Source: Marsupella aquatica (taxonomy: Eukaryota; Plantae; Marchantiophyta). From it: 64,000 nucleotides of DNA. Each line of letters begins with the position of its first letter. The stretch's first letter is position 1. Under the pieces are notes generated by a model. That model was not told the origin of the DNA. It saw nothing but the letters and a program-made list of their open reading frames with translations, and searched no databases. The position numbers and the translations under genes were made by a program. Below, piece after piece: positions 11,464 to 24,960 of the stretch. The stretch spans positions 2,741,801 to 2,805,800 of the forward strand of contig OZ316891.1 in the NCBI GenBank assembly GCA_973895155.1, written 5' to 3'.

Positions 11464-12830
11464 ATTTTTATTTTTTTATTTTTCCACCCCAAAAAAACCA
11501 CCTGGGGAAAAAGGCCACCCAGGAAGCATGCGCCGGGGCCAACCGCAAGGCAAGGCCAAAACCACGCAAAAAACAAAACAATAGTCTGGCCATGGGACCC
11601 GGAACATACACCCCAGGATGTCTGGCTCCAAGTACCATCAGCTAATTCTCCTATGGGGCCTGCTCGTGTTGTACATCAGGCTATAGGGGGGTTTCTCTCT
11701 GCTACCAACATCATTCTGTCCATAAGCCCTTTGTCTAGTCTGACCAGTCCCAAGGTTTAAGAAGAGTCTACACTTGGTTGAGAGCTTCCTGGATTTGTTT
11801 ATTTTTCTTAGGAAAGCAACACATGTCCACTGTAGATTTCAGGTGCACTTCCGTGAACAAAGGGTCACCCACCCGGGGAGACAACCGAGAAAATGAGAGT
11901 AAGTGGCAGCATTCCGTTCTCTCCAAATGCTGTTCCACATTTCCATCAGGAGGACCACCGGACCAGGTTTCCTTTTCTGGTGTTGAATGGCATTTTGGAT
12001 GGCCTCAAACAGTGAAGTGTAACCAGTAGTGAAAGCAGAGAACCTCTCGTTCACTTTGCAACAGCTGAAGAAAAGATGGTCAGTATTTTCAAATCCTAGT
12101 TTGCACCTGGAGCACATTCCGTCACAAACCTTCCAATGACTCCCTCTCCCATTGGTGAAGAAATAGTGGTTGATGAGACGCCAAAGAAAAAACCGGACCA
12201 AGAAAAAACCGGACCTTCGGTAAGGTCCATCCACCCTTAGAGTTTCTTCCATTTCATTTACCAGAGTTCAAGTGTGCTAGTCTGTCCCCATCTCCAGTTG
12301 AGTTTGGTGACATCTTGCAAGAGTGGGAAGGAGCAATTGACCCAAACCTTATTGGGGGGAAGGTCAAGCCTCTGTATTTCCCATTCCAATCCCATTGCCA
12401 GTCAGCACACTCCGGCAGGCTATGCTCACCTATCCCAGGGACCGTTTGAGTAGGTCATACAATCTAGTGAAAGCTTCAAGGCCGTTCGGTCTATTGCTTC
12501 TAACCCTGTTGTCAATCCATCCATTTTATGGCGACCACATGTAAGACGCCTTCCGTATCCCCTGGTCGACAGGCACTCCCACTGGTGCACACCAAATCGC
12601 CCTGTCGGCGAGTAGATTCAGCGGAGCCACTGAGGTGCTGGTGCATCTGGCTTCTTGAAAGGGCCTTCTGTCCCCACCAGCCAGTTGTGGTTCGCACCAC
12701 AAAGAAAGAAAAGCTGAAGCATGGAGGGCACTCCAGAGCAGCTGCTGCAGAGACATTTGACCAAAACTGAGTGGGCCGATCATGGTTGTGGATTGGTCTT
12801 AGCATGGCTTGGATGGGGCAGCCAAGATGG
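11464..12830 (-). mobile_element. 5'-truncated L1-type LINE remnant (3' end of ORF2)
   Basis: The minus-strand translation FLWRLINHYFFTNGR...CSRCKLGFENTDHLFFSC...IWRERN matches a zf-RVT region. An A-rich tail appears as T-runs at 11464-11482. The 5' boundary is approximate. Confidence 0.8.
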
Positions 12831-14295
12831 TGCCAGGCAAAGAAGCATAGAAAAGGATATAAAGTAGGATATCAAACCTGATGTTGTTGGAGACAACTCC
12901 ATAAAGAAAATAGAGTTATCTGTGAATGAATTCAATGGAAAGGTAGGTGACGTCCCAAAAATTAATTATCCATAAATCACTCCTCACACAGGTAAGTCAC
13001 AAAATTGAGGGTGAGTAACAAGGAGCTCTCTAATAATAAAGTCCTATTTACAGGGCATTGTGATTAAGGACTAAGATCATCTCTGGACAAATTAATACTG
13101 ATTAGCATTGATTAGCCCAAAGTAGCTACCCACTGCCTGCCTATGCCAGATCTGGTTACACAGATAAATATCAAGCCCGAGTGCATGTTGCCATCCGTTG
13201 TCCCCAGACTGGGTGATAGGGCACCTCATTGGGGTTGGGCAGGTTGAAATCTGCTGTCACCAAGTGTTTGAACATTCACTTCATTCAAAAGTGGAGTTCA
13301 TATATTCTTTTGACACTTGAGAAAAATTGGACTTTGCGGGCAGCAGAAGTGGGCAGGTATGAACGAGAGGCTCTTCATGACATAGCATTGATATTGCTTT
13401 TTGTAGTGTAAGTGTGGGAGAGCTTCAGCTTAAGTTTTGAGTAACTATTATTGCCCATAATGCTCCAATAATAGGACCTTAATACACTTAAGGTCTAAGA
13501 GATTTTTCTTCTTACTAATTTAATAAAAGTAGAGAGGAATTTTCCTAACCAGTTGATACAAATCTTGAGTATGGATTAGTCTTTGACAACGACCTAAAAG
13601 ATACAAAGAGAGAAATCACAAAAGGGCATCAAGTGCATTGTCATGCTCATTGTGGTCTATAATGCCCCCCAAAATGAGAGCTTCAGCTTCCGCCCCCCCC
13701 CCCCCCCCCCTTCTTTTAATTGAGTTTTTTTGGCATTTTGGTATCCAAACTTTTTTCTTCCTTGTATTGGGATTTTGCCTTTGATACTCTGTCATTGTTT
13801 CCCCTTTTAAATTTGATTTCTAGTATTTGGATCCTGTCACCTGATAAGGCCCTTATTTTTGCCTGGAGTGAAATATGACAAAAGTTCCCCCTTTCATTGG
13901 GGTTTTAGTCCTTTGGAATCCTGTCTCCAGGTAAGGAGCTGTTTTTTTTTTTGGCAGTGATGTGTGACAAATTTCTGTGCATCTCCTTTGGTTGCATGGG
14001 AGTCCAATTTATAGTAAACAAGAATATTGGCATGACTTACTCTGTCACAAAACGACAAAAACTCATAAGGTACAGATGTAAGAGTTTGGGTGTAGGGGGG
14101 GCTTGGTGACATCTTGGCTATGGACGGTGATATCATTGATGTTGCTGAGGATGAGTGGATTGATGCAAGATTGGTGAAGGAGATTGGTGAAGGAGGAGCC
14201 TTGACTATAGCATTTATTAGTTTTGATGGAGATTGTCACTAAATTTTTTATTTTAATATACTTCTATGTTTTGAAATTTATGGGGGGCTTTATAT

Positions 14296-14540
14296 ACCAG
14301 TCCAATACCATCCCTTGCCTACTAGGGGTGTCAACCATACCTTTACCTGGCTGGTGTCAGGAAAACCCTATACCAACCCAACTTTTGGTGACCTTTTACT
14401 CCAGTCCAATACAATCCCTTGCCTGCTAGGGATGTCCACTATACTTTTAACTGGCTGGCATAAAGAAAACCCTATACCCAACACTGGTCCAGGGATGTCC
14501 ACTATACCTGGTTTTGCCTTATACCGGCCCCCAACACTGG
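14296..14540. repeat. ~104-bp tandem duplication plus a partial third copy
   Basis: CCAGTCCAATAC.ATCCCTTGCCT.CTAGGG.TGTC...GAAAACCCTATACC repeated at ~14297 and ~14401. Confidence 0.7.
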
Positions 14541-16387
14541 TCAGGACATCTAGGGCCCCCAGAGAGTTTCAGGCCCTTGCCCTTCGAGTAGCCATCCCAT
14601 AATCATTGTAGTCAGGTGTGACTCATGAGGGGGTTCAGGCATTCAACTCTAGCCCTTTCATATGTTGGTGCGAGTCCCCTGGAGGGACGAATTCTTATGT
14701 GTTGGTATGAGCCAACTTGAGGGCGGAATTCTTCAGGGCTGCGTGCACGTAAGTTAGCCCTTAGTTGCCATTAAGGCCAGAAAGCAAAGCTAAGCTAGTA
14801 CGTAGTGGTGCCACCTGATTTTCCAGGGCTCGAGGACTCTCTAAGGTTGACGACGTCTTTGGATTTCATCCTTCATGATCTCATTTCTGGAATCCGCCTT
14901 CACAGCCCTTCATGATTCCAAAAATCTCGAGATCTTTCATGTGGAAGCATGCCGAGCTAAGATTGATGGTCTTTGTTGGACTCTAACCAATTCATCAAGA
15001 TGCAAGAGATTTCACGAATTGCAAGATTTGAGGCAAGCCTGTGAAAACCCCTGCTGCTGCTGGTGTGAAAAGTGTTCATCTGCAAAGCATTGTTTTGGTG
15101 CACATATTTCTTGGCATTCTGACAGTCAACTACGCGTATAATTATGAGCTTTGGGAGAGGATGCCCCCAAATCTGGAGGATATCAAGGGTGAGGGGATAA
15201 CTATCGGTTGGTGTCCATCATGTTAAAGTTCCAGTTTCTAATCTCGTCTCACTCATGATCCAGCTGAGTTTTCAAAGATACGTCTCGGATTCAACAACCA
15301 CCAAAAAAAAACGCAACACAAGGTCATGCAGATCAGAAATTGAGAGGGAGACATTCGGATTCAACTCATCAGTCATACTAAACCGAGAAGAATCTAGAAT
15401 TCAAACCACATGGGCAAGGCTTAGTTCGTCCGGTTTTAGTCCAAACAACTTGTAGACAGACTATCTGCCCTTCGAAAACACTTCCAATCCATATGGGTAT
15501 ATCTGGTCCTCCCCCATCCCTTCTATCCTGAAGGAAATGCGTCCAACCTTAGCCTCGTTACGGCACGGACGACCTGCTGCGCAATGGATATCATTTATAG
15601 CTACTACCAATAGTAAGCTCATCCCATCGGCCTTGAATTCCCAAAAAGAACCCGAAACACACCAAATCAACTAACACGGGCCTTTGTCATAAACACTGAC
15701 CTCTGCAATGACAAAGGCCCGCCGCTTGGCGGAACACAAAAGACAAACAACTCCCCAAGGCTCAGTTTCTACCAACCTGCACCCCAAAACCCTTTCGAAT
15801 GGACACCACGCGAGTCCTCCCTTCAGATGAGTCATTATCACATTAGCGTTAGCATTTCTCCATAGGAGAGGAGACTTTAAGAGAATGCAACCTCACACAC
15901 GGCATGATCAGGTTAAAGACATCCACGTGGTCCACAAAGGGATAACAACGACTTATTTGACCATCATACCACTTCAAGTGGTTGTATATACAACATTCAA
16001 AGCGAGAGACAGAATCCACATAAGAAGTAGAAGGACAACACAAGTCCTGTACTATTCCTAGAGGCCCACCAAAGTACTATCCTACATTTATCCTTGTCAT
16101 AATGGGTGGGTTTCTGCAGCAGAGTAAATGATCTTCATAGAGATCCTTCGGCCGACATGCCATGTCCTTGGCAGATAGTTTACGAAGCAACCTGCCAAGC
16201 TGAGCATGCATTTTCAGCTGTCAGATACGGGAGGCACCAAGTGCAACTGCATCAGACGAGGCCTAAAGCCTAACTATCCACAATCCACATCATGGGGTCT
16301 AATAGTTTTCAAATCAACACACTGGAATCAAATCAACCACTCAAACACATAAGGAAATAACTTGAACTTGGCCCAACTCACCAACAA

Positions 16388-19300
16388 TCAGTGACCCACT
16401 CGCATGCGCTTAACGTCTGTAACGGGAACACTTGCATCTGACTCTCCTGCTGTCGTCTCACCTTCTCCCACCTACATTACAAACCATTTGCAATTTCTTA
16501 GATCTAAGTCTAGAAGTCTCCCAGAATTGACAATTACAAGCCAATAGAGATTCAAACGCACCAACAAGCCATCGAGAGTCCAGCAAACATACACTCCATG
16601 TCTCTCCTTATTCAGTCAAGTCCTACAGAACTACGAATTAAAACGGTTCTCGAGAGCGGTTTCCCAAAAGTGACTGAACACATCTTCAGGAATACAGACT
16701 AAAATATAGTTGATTTTCTCAAAAGTCCAGTAATGACAAATTGAAGGCAAACGGCATACGTTGGCACCCTGATGCAGTCCTCTGGAAAGCGATCTGACTG
16801 TTTCCACTGGTACCACCGCGTATCTCTCTGATGGTGAGATCCAATTACAACCTGTCACAGATTACCCAAAAACCAATCACTCGACTATAAAGTGTGCAAG
16901 GATAAAAAATTTCATGACCATACAAACCATTTTGTTTCAGTGCATGTCAAATCATCCAGATCGAAATGATCGAATACCAGTCGATCCGACTTATATCCTA
17001 GGCTTCACCGCTCCTGTCAGATCCAATTATCACTGTCCATCTTACTTGTTTTCAAAACCATCACAAAGACTCGGGTACCGATACCACTATCCATGAACAT
17101 AGGAACTTCGACACAGGCAGAAGCACACCATCAGCGGATGTTGACCGTGCGCTTTCAAGTTGCGTGCACGCTAGCCCATCCGCGCTAAGAGCCTCAATCT
17201 GTCGAGGTACAGTCCTGCGCAGATGCAAGAAATGAATCATTTTACATCCTAGCCACGAGAGGTTGAGCACGTGGCAAGCTACTAACAAGAATAATTAAAA
17301 ATAAAGTTCTGAAAGCAGAGATTGCATACATCAGACCGGCCTTGAACTCGAGTGGAGATTCTGAAAACTGAGTAAAGCATGACCAAACCTGTCAATAGCA
17401 TCTCCATGGCCTAACTGACCACTAGTTCCACGGCCCCATGAATAGACATTTCCCTTAGTAGTGATGCAAATTGTATGTCTCCAGCCACATGAGACCTGTG
17501 CCACTGTCTGTATCGTTCAACACATGAGTTTTAGATGTCAGGCCAGGTTCGAAATAATAGTGAAGAGGAACTGAGTCCCTCGACATCAGGGACTTAATTT
17601 GCTTTCAGGACGAACAGTGCAACCTCTCAAACTTATGGATTCGCATTGACCAGTCTCTGAAATAATTCAGCTGTGACATTGCAAGAGTCCATCCCAACCA
17701 CAGTTGACTTGACTGTTCATGGGACTCCACCTCCACAACTCTCAGAATCCAGATTCACCACAACCACAAGTTTACTTACTTCTGTGCACTCAAAGCACAC
17801 AGTCATGCTGTGGATCGTCTGACACGGGAATTGTAGAGGGAGACCTCGGCAGACGAATTCGGAGGAAAGGAATCAAGCTCAAAGCTTCCACATTAATTCT
17901 AAATTGATAACTGCAGAAGGGGAAGGCGGAGGAGTGCACAGTGATAAGAAACGCTAGATAAATAAATTCAGGCTGAAGAACAGCGATTAATTGAAATTCC
18001 TAGTTTCACATACTGACACAAATATTTGAACAACTTCTTTTTTAATCATAGACTGCAACATACCTCATCGGCAAGATTCTTTACCAACTGGGGGCTGTTT
18101 TGGTCATCCGTGCTACCAACCCCAACTTGCCCAAACTGTAGTAGGCAAAATCACCCAAATTGACAAACATTGCACAAGTTAGATCACACGACTTGCTATA
18201 ATCCCGCCAACAGCTCTTGTCGAGGACCAGTAGCCAGGTATATTCTAGCATTTCTCGTACGGCTTTCGCAGTATGTCTACAACGGTCCTTCAGTAAACAA
18301 TTGCACAGCTACATTTCTGTAGACATTCTCTAAACGACAAACCCTCTTGTGCTCACTGATAGACAGGAAACAGTGCTGTGATTCTTCTCGTCTAAACCTC
18401 TGAAAACCCACCTTGTTCCAGCCCCAGCCATGTAAGCGGCCATCGCAATCTAGAGCCACTGTATGCCTCCACCCCCCGGATATCTGAGAAGCAAACAAAA
18501 GTCGTCAAAGTCAGTGTTCACGAAGGAATTAAATCTGGCCGAATCCAACAACAGTGAATCTTAAATTGTCTCAAGGCTCCCTGCATCTAGAATGACTTAC
18601 GCACCTGGACAACGCGTTTATTCTTCAACGCCGCCACCTGGAAAGGAACTAAATGATCCAGATAATCTCCATGACCCAACTGCCCGTATTTACTCCATCC
18701 AAAAGTGTAGAGATTCCCAAAATCAGAAACAGCAATGGTGTGTCGCCATCCACAGGCTACTAAGCTAAATCTTTCGCCCTGCAATTCCAATGGCACACTA
18801 GTTAACAATGTGCACAGCATCCGTGCAGATCAAGGAGCTATGGCATGCAATCAGATACCGGTCAGTGAACTTGCAATTTTTGAACGCTTTCACAACACTA
18901 AACATCCCACCTGCTGTTTTCCAAGATCCACGCACCAAGTTTGTGTCAAGTCCTACATTTCGCTGGTGTTCTATTAGACGTGCGAAGTTGTGAAGCGAGT
19001 TCAGAGGCATTATAGACATGGAGACACGGTGACAAGAAGAATGAAAAGGGAATAGAAGACCAAAAGCAGGAGATTCGTACCTGCACAGAGGCAACTTCAG
19101 CAGGCACCAGCCGATCATTTCGATCACCTAGCCCTAAATTCCCATAACGGCCCCAGCCCCAACCATACAACTTTCCATTCTCAGTGACAGCAGCTGTATG
19201 TTCCGCTCCTGCTGCCAGCATCTTCACAGCTATTCCCTGCCACAATCAACGGGTGCAAACGGATGGGTCCCTGGAATGGGTCGCTTGAAGCTATGACATA

Positions 19301-22035
19301 TTTGAAGTTCTAAATATCACAAATCACAGCATAAAGTTTCTTAAGCTCGACTTTGCTTGTGCACTCTGTTATTCTGGAGTTCTAAATTAAGATCCACAAG
19401 CTCATAAGACCAGCAAGCACCAGGAGAACCCACTTCAACGGAAATGGTTAAGACAATTCCACTTTACCTCAAACGCAGAAACTTTCCGCGGTACAAGGAC
19501 ATCCTCGTTATGCCCAAGGCCTAGTTGCCCATTCTGATTCCGTCCCCAACTACAAACCCAGACACAATGTCAGCACCATATCCTAAGCGGGTAGTCAGCT
19601 ACACCAACAAAAATAACGTAAACTTTGAGAGACCTGAAAACTCGAGCCTCATGATCACATCATTTTCAAAAAGGGAGGGCTCACGAAGATCATCGTTTTT
19701 ATCTCTCCTACAGCATGTAAGTATGGACCCTCGTCTTCTCAAGGCCATCTTTCCACATTATCCAGACATACATAACACAGAAACATCATCTCACCCCATC
19801 CTGGTACCAAATTGATGAGAATACTTTTCGCATACAAAGTATTGGGCTATAATACTCTACTAACCACTAGAGCTTTACGCCTTCGGGATAAAAGGTTGGG
19901 AGGATCTTTGCATACAACAAACGATCAATCTCGCTCTCAAGTGTGCAATCAGACCATCACTTGGGAAGCTACGAACACCCAGACATGAACAGAAAACACT
20001 AGACAAGGAAATACCTGTGAACGTCACCATCCGCGGTGATAGCAAGACAATGACTGTCTCCACATGCCATCTGCCTTATCTGTAGCCCGCTTAGTGCTTT
20101 GATTGGATGTGGTATAAACAGATCACTTGAATTTCCATGTCCAAGCCTTCCAAAATCACCCCTGGAGTAAAAGACACTATAAAGCAATACTGAGAAGGTG
20201 ATGCACGAGGACCAGCAAACAACACATCCTAACTCTGAGTATTGTTTCCCAGCACCAACAACTACAACCGGAACCTCATTGGAACTAAGGGGAAAGATAA
20301 GGTGAACTTCTGAAGCTACGAACACATCGCTCAGGCTAAGAGAGGAGAAAAATTGTTGAACATCTCGGGCCATCAGAACCAACCTCCATGCGACTTAATC
20401 TGCAGTATCCATTTCATAAGGTAGCGAAATGAACACCATAATAACATAGAGGTGGTATAACTCTATGCCGTAGTCGAACCCACGTCTCAAATAGCAAACA
20501 ACACACCGGATGAAAGACCTTACCAGCCCCAACTGTATACACTGCGAGTACAGTCTGAGTAGGCAGTCGTGTGATCAGCGCCGCAAGTAATGGCACTGAT
20601 GTCGCAGTCAGCCAAAGTGCTGTTTATGGTGGGCACGTGACGCTCCTCTGCATCACCATGTCCTAGCTGTCCATCTTCTCCTCTCCCCCAGGAACAGACA
20701 ATGTCGCCAGCTGCCAGGCCACACAACAGACTCGAGAAGATTAGGACGTCCACAGAAAATGATATGGACAAAACCTCGAACGCCGTCACTTATCTCAGAC
20801 CATTAGAATTTTGAGATGCCATTTTCTCGTTGACACGGAGCCAACACTGAGCGGGAGTCCGCAATTTCCATTGAGGGACAGCTAGGGACGGAAAATATCT
20901 ATCACCTCCACTCTGAAACATACCCAAGATTAGCTTACTCCCAAGGCATTGATACCTTCGGCAGGATTTGGTTTTCCGTTCGTACGGGGAAGAGTGTTGA
21001 GAAATTTTAATTTATGGGCTTCTCTCTAACGCGTGCGAGTAACAATTATTGTAAGAAGGCCAATGTAGTGAAAGGATTATATTAGCCAATCTCGGACTAC
21101 TACATACTTAAAAACTAGAGCGCATTTTCCGTTCATCTAGCGTACCGCATTCATCTATGATATCCGGTAGCATGCTTGTCAGGTTGACTTCGCAAAGTGA
21201 CCTCCTCGGCTGGTGTATCGTTCCTCCTAGGCTGATGTATCGTTCCATTGCACCGTTGTGGACAACTCCATCAAGCCAAGGGAATCCAGAACGACTAGAA
21301 CATGGCATGATCGGGCCATGATAGACCAAAGAGGAAAACATTCACTCCGATCATGAATAGACTGGACTGCATGCAAGCAATGCTGATGGAGGCCCTATTC
21401 GAGGTGGTGGTTTCGAAGACCTAGCAGGCGGGATAGGAAATTTGAATCCAACAGATTATACATAGACACAAGGTCGGATTTGCACCAAGGAGCTGGAAAC
21501 CAGTTCAGGCAACAGTATCGCCTCCAAAATTAGAGGAGGAAATCATAACAGGCCCAGCCGTATAGTAAGATCTCAGACCGGGAGGATAGCCAGTCCAGCA
21601 CCGACCATGCGTTGACCATGAGTTCGCCACAGTCAAGTAGAACGGTACGATGCAGAAAGCGCAAGCTTCACAATTACAATTTGGTTTACGGATCCACCAC
21701 TGCGCTGGGGGTAAAGATGGCGGACAAAGTTCGCCCAGCAAGATTTCGACTGACTACTGTATATTTGATGAATGAAAGCAGGGCGGTTACAAAGCTCACT
21801 GGAAACACCAGATAAGAAATAGTTTGAAGGATATCTCAACCATGATCTATAAAAGCGATTAGAAAGACACATAAACAGCATTCATTTGATAGTTTCAGTT
21901 CACCACAAGAACGAGAGGAGTAGGTGTAAGGATAGAGAGATTACAAAGTAGTGCAACACTGTGGCTTGCCCCGGCGGAAACATATAGGACGCGCCGACGC
22001 ACTGCTTCGCCACTCGCCAATTTTGCATCCCCCAT
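16388..22035 (-). CDS. UVR8: UV-B photoreceptor UVR8 (RCC1-like 7-bladed propeller), 12 coding exons, ~453 aa
   Basis: Exons 22035-21945, 20710-20524, 20161-20015, 19549-19468, 19236-19081, 18778-18605, 18483-18412, 18135-18064, 17507-17389, 17214-17129, 16851-16760, 16471-16388 (1362 nt, all GT-AG, phases consistent). Contains [11 protein letters not shown], three GWRHT motifs, the C27 motif [12 protein letters not shown] and the C-terminal [13 protein letters not shown]. Confidence 0.96.
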
Positions 22036-24099
22036 GTCGTACTGGTATCCCTCAAGCTCAGCTGCTGTCTCTAACCACTGCTGCTCAGCACTGCCTCGCG
22101 AATTCCCCCTCAGACTGCACGCACATCCTTCCTCACTACAGTGCCTTTTTGTCGTCAAACACGGCACAGTCTGAAGCTCATGCTCCTTAACTGCTCTCCC
22201 ACCTAGATCATTCTCTCAAACCACCACAAAATATCTCTTACCCGAAAGGGAGTAAGGGAGAACGTTCGGCAGTAGGACAACCTAGCGACGAGCTAGCGAC
22301 AAACAGAACTTTTGTCCGCAAACTGCGGGCGCGATCCTCTTCGGTGAGAATGAATGGGAGAAGGAACACTACTCGTTTTCTTAGGGCATCCGCTGCCTGC
22401 ACTACACAGGCCTATCTGAATGTCTCACCTCGACTCCCTCGAAGCAGAGCAAAACACACCGTACTTCGTTTCCACTCGCGAAAAGAAACGGGTCCGTCAC
22501 TCTACCGTCCCATGCAGTGCCAAATGATGGCGGCTAATAAGAAGCTACGGAATGCAACTTCAGGACTACTTGCTTGTTTATGATCCGATGCGAGGCGTTG
22601 AGATGAATTGTGATGCTGCATGCAGACACGACCCGCGAGCAGCGCAGATGTAAAAAAGTAGGAATTATGCGAAGTCCATCAAAGTCTGCAGCTGTGAAAT
22701 AATATTGTAGTCTCTGTCCACCAACCCACTCGGCCCGGCCAGCCGCGCCCCGCCAGCCAGCCAGCGAGAACGGCCTATCTTATCACTCGCACGGCACAGA
22801 GCACCACCAAAGCACTGTATTCTCGTTTGCCGTCACACTACAGGAGAATGAGCAGCAGTAGCTCGTCCTGGCTCAGTCCCTCCAGTCCTCCACCCCCTGT
22901 GTTCTGTTCACTATACTCTCATTCACTACGCTCTCTCTCCCACGGGCCCGGTCCTCCGCTTTCTGGCTATGGGTTCCCCCGTACCGTAACAAGGTAGACA
23001 CCACCACCGCACCTACCTACTCTTCACTACCTCCTCCCATCCCCTTCCTGGAAGTCATCTGATCTCTCTCCCATGCAATACAGAACCGCTACACTCCACT
23101 CCACTCCACTACGGTTCCGATCGTACGAGCTCGAGCATGTCGTAATGTCGATCCTTCTCGCCTCTCATCTCCTCCTCCTCTCCTCTCCTCTCCTCTGTTC
23201 CGTCCCTCTCGAAAGCTCGTCTCTCTTCGCTCCGCCTTTGCTTACTGTACCGCTGACGGCGAGGATATTTTTTTCGTTTCGCTTTTCCGCTTCGTCGAGC
23301 TACAGGCGTACAGTGCCTCTGCTCCGCTCCTGCTTGCTTTTGCTTGCTTTTGCTTGCTTGCTTTCTATGTCCCCCTGGCCCCCGCCCCTCCCCGACTCCC
23401 CTCTCGCGCGCCTCCAAGGCTCCAAGGACCGACCAATCCTCTCCTCTCTCCTCTGCGCGCCTCTGCTCCTCGTAGCTTCGCTGATTCGCTCACCTCTTTT
23501 CGCAGACCTCCTGGGCCTTCTGCTGTTGTGCGTCCGTGGTACTACTGTCCCTCCTCGTGTCCGCCTCATAAAGTACAGTACAGTACCAGTGAGGGTCGTC
23601 CCGGCTCTGTCCTTCAAAATTCCAAGAACATTCTGCGATTCTCAGTCACAACACTGACGTTTCAGCGTACACATTATTTCTAATATCAAAAGAACGAAAA
23701 CATTACAATATTGAGAGACAGACCAACTATCGTTTTATATCGAGAAGAGACGAGAAGAGACGAGATACTCTGTTTCACAAGGACCACCAGAAACTATGTT
23801 TTGATCTTGGTGAGGAACACTGGAAGGCTAGAATGTTTTTGTCAATATTCTATTGTGTCATTTTTTAACCTAAAGAACAAGGGATGCGCTGAAAAGTCAG
23901 TGTTTACCCTCGATGCTGCGAATGCATGTAAAATGTATTTTCTTCCTGGGGTTCAGAAGGACCCCAAAATAACTTGAAAGTCAGCCCAAAATTTAATGTT
24001 AATTTATTGGGGGAACTGAGACGACAGTACTGAAATTTGTAGACCGCCTCTTGTCAGTGCCTGGCTACCCGCTACCTGTTCCTTAATATTCTATCGCAG

Positions 24100-24960
24100 C
24101 TCACTCAGTTCAGCCCAGGTGGGCTGGGTTTAATAATAATAACTACAGCCCAGAGAGCATGTGTGAATTTTATTTGTTGGGGGAGGAATCGCATTGTGGC
24201 TGGCCACCTTTTCCATTCTTTTCAGTTCAGCTCAGGTGGGCCGGGTTTAATAATCAGTTAATAATAACAACTACAGTCCAGACCATGTGTGAGATTTATT
24301 TGTTGAATAAACTTTTGCATGAAATGAAGCTTTTGTCTGTTTGGTACTCTTCCCTTTCTACAGGAAGCTTTTGGTTCTCCAATCTGCAACGTTAGGGTGG
24401 CTCGTCACCATTGGTACCTTGTACATTAATATTGGGGCAGAGTTTTGTACCTCACTTGCTACTGCACATTCTGCAGTGGTGTGCCATTGGTGACTGATTC
24501 TGTCTGCTTGGTACTCCTCCCTTTCTACATGAGGCCTTTTGGTTCTTCAATTCTGCACCGTTAGGGCGTCTCTTCACCATTTGTACTTTACACATTTGAG
24601 GCACAGCTTGCAGTGGTGCGCCATTGGTGCCTGATTTTGTGGGCTGTTCAGCATTGGACTTTGGACATTCGTGGCTCGCACATTATTTTGGACACCTCGT
24701 ACTTGGTGCACATTCTGGAAGGGGATACCATTGGCGCCTTCTTTAGTGGGTCTTTTGGCCACGGGAACTTCTAAATCTGGCAGTGGTGTGCCATTGTTGC
24801 CTTACTGTATGAGTCATGTGACCACATTGGTGCCTTCAGTAGTGGACGTGGGTGCCTTGTTTTTTTAGTCATTTGATCATTGGTGCCTTGCGTGGTGGAC
24901 CTGGGTCCCTTGTTTGGTGAGTCATTTTACCAGTGGTGCATTGGGCAGTGACCTTGGTGC
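24100..24960. repeat. Local duplications and CCATTGGTG-rich repeats, probably TE-derived
   Basis: CAGTTCAGC.CAGGTGGG...ATGTGTGA..TTTATTTGTTG twice; TTGGTACTC..CCCTTTCTACA twice; many C(C)ATTGGTG motifs. Confidence 0.55.

Noticed and set aside
23073-23683. Overlapping 100-194-aa ORFs upstream of UVR8
   Set aside because: GC/CT-rich promoter or 5'-UTR sequence that is naturally stop-poor, with no recognisable protein.
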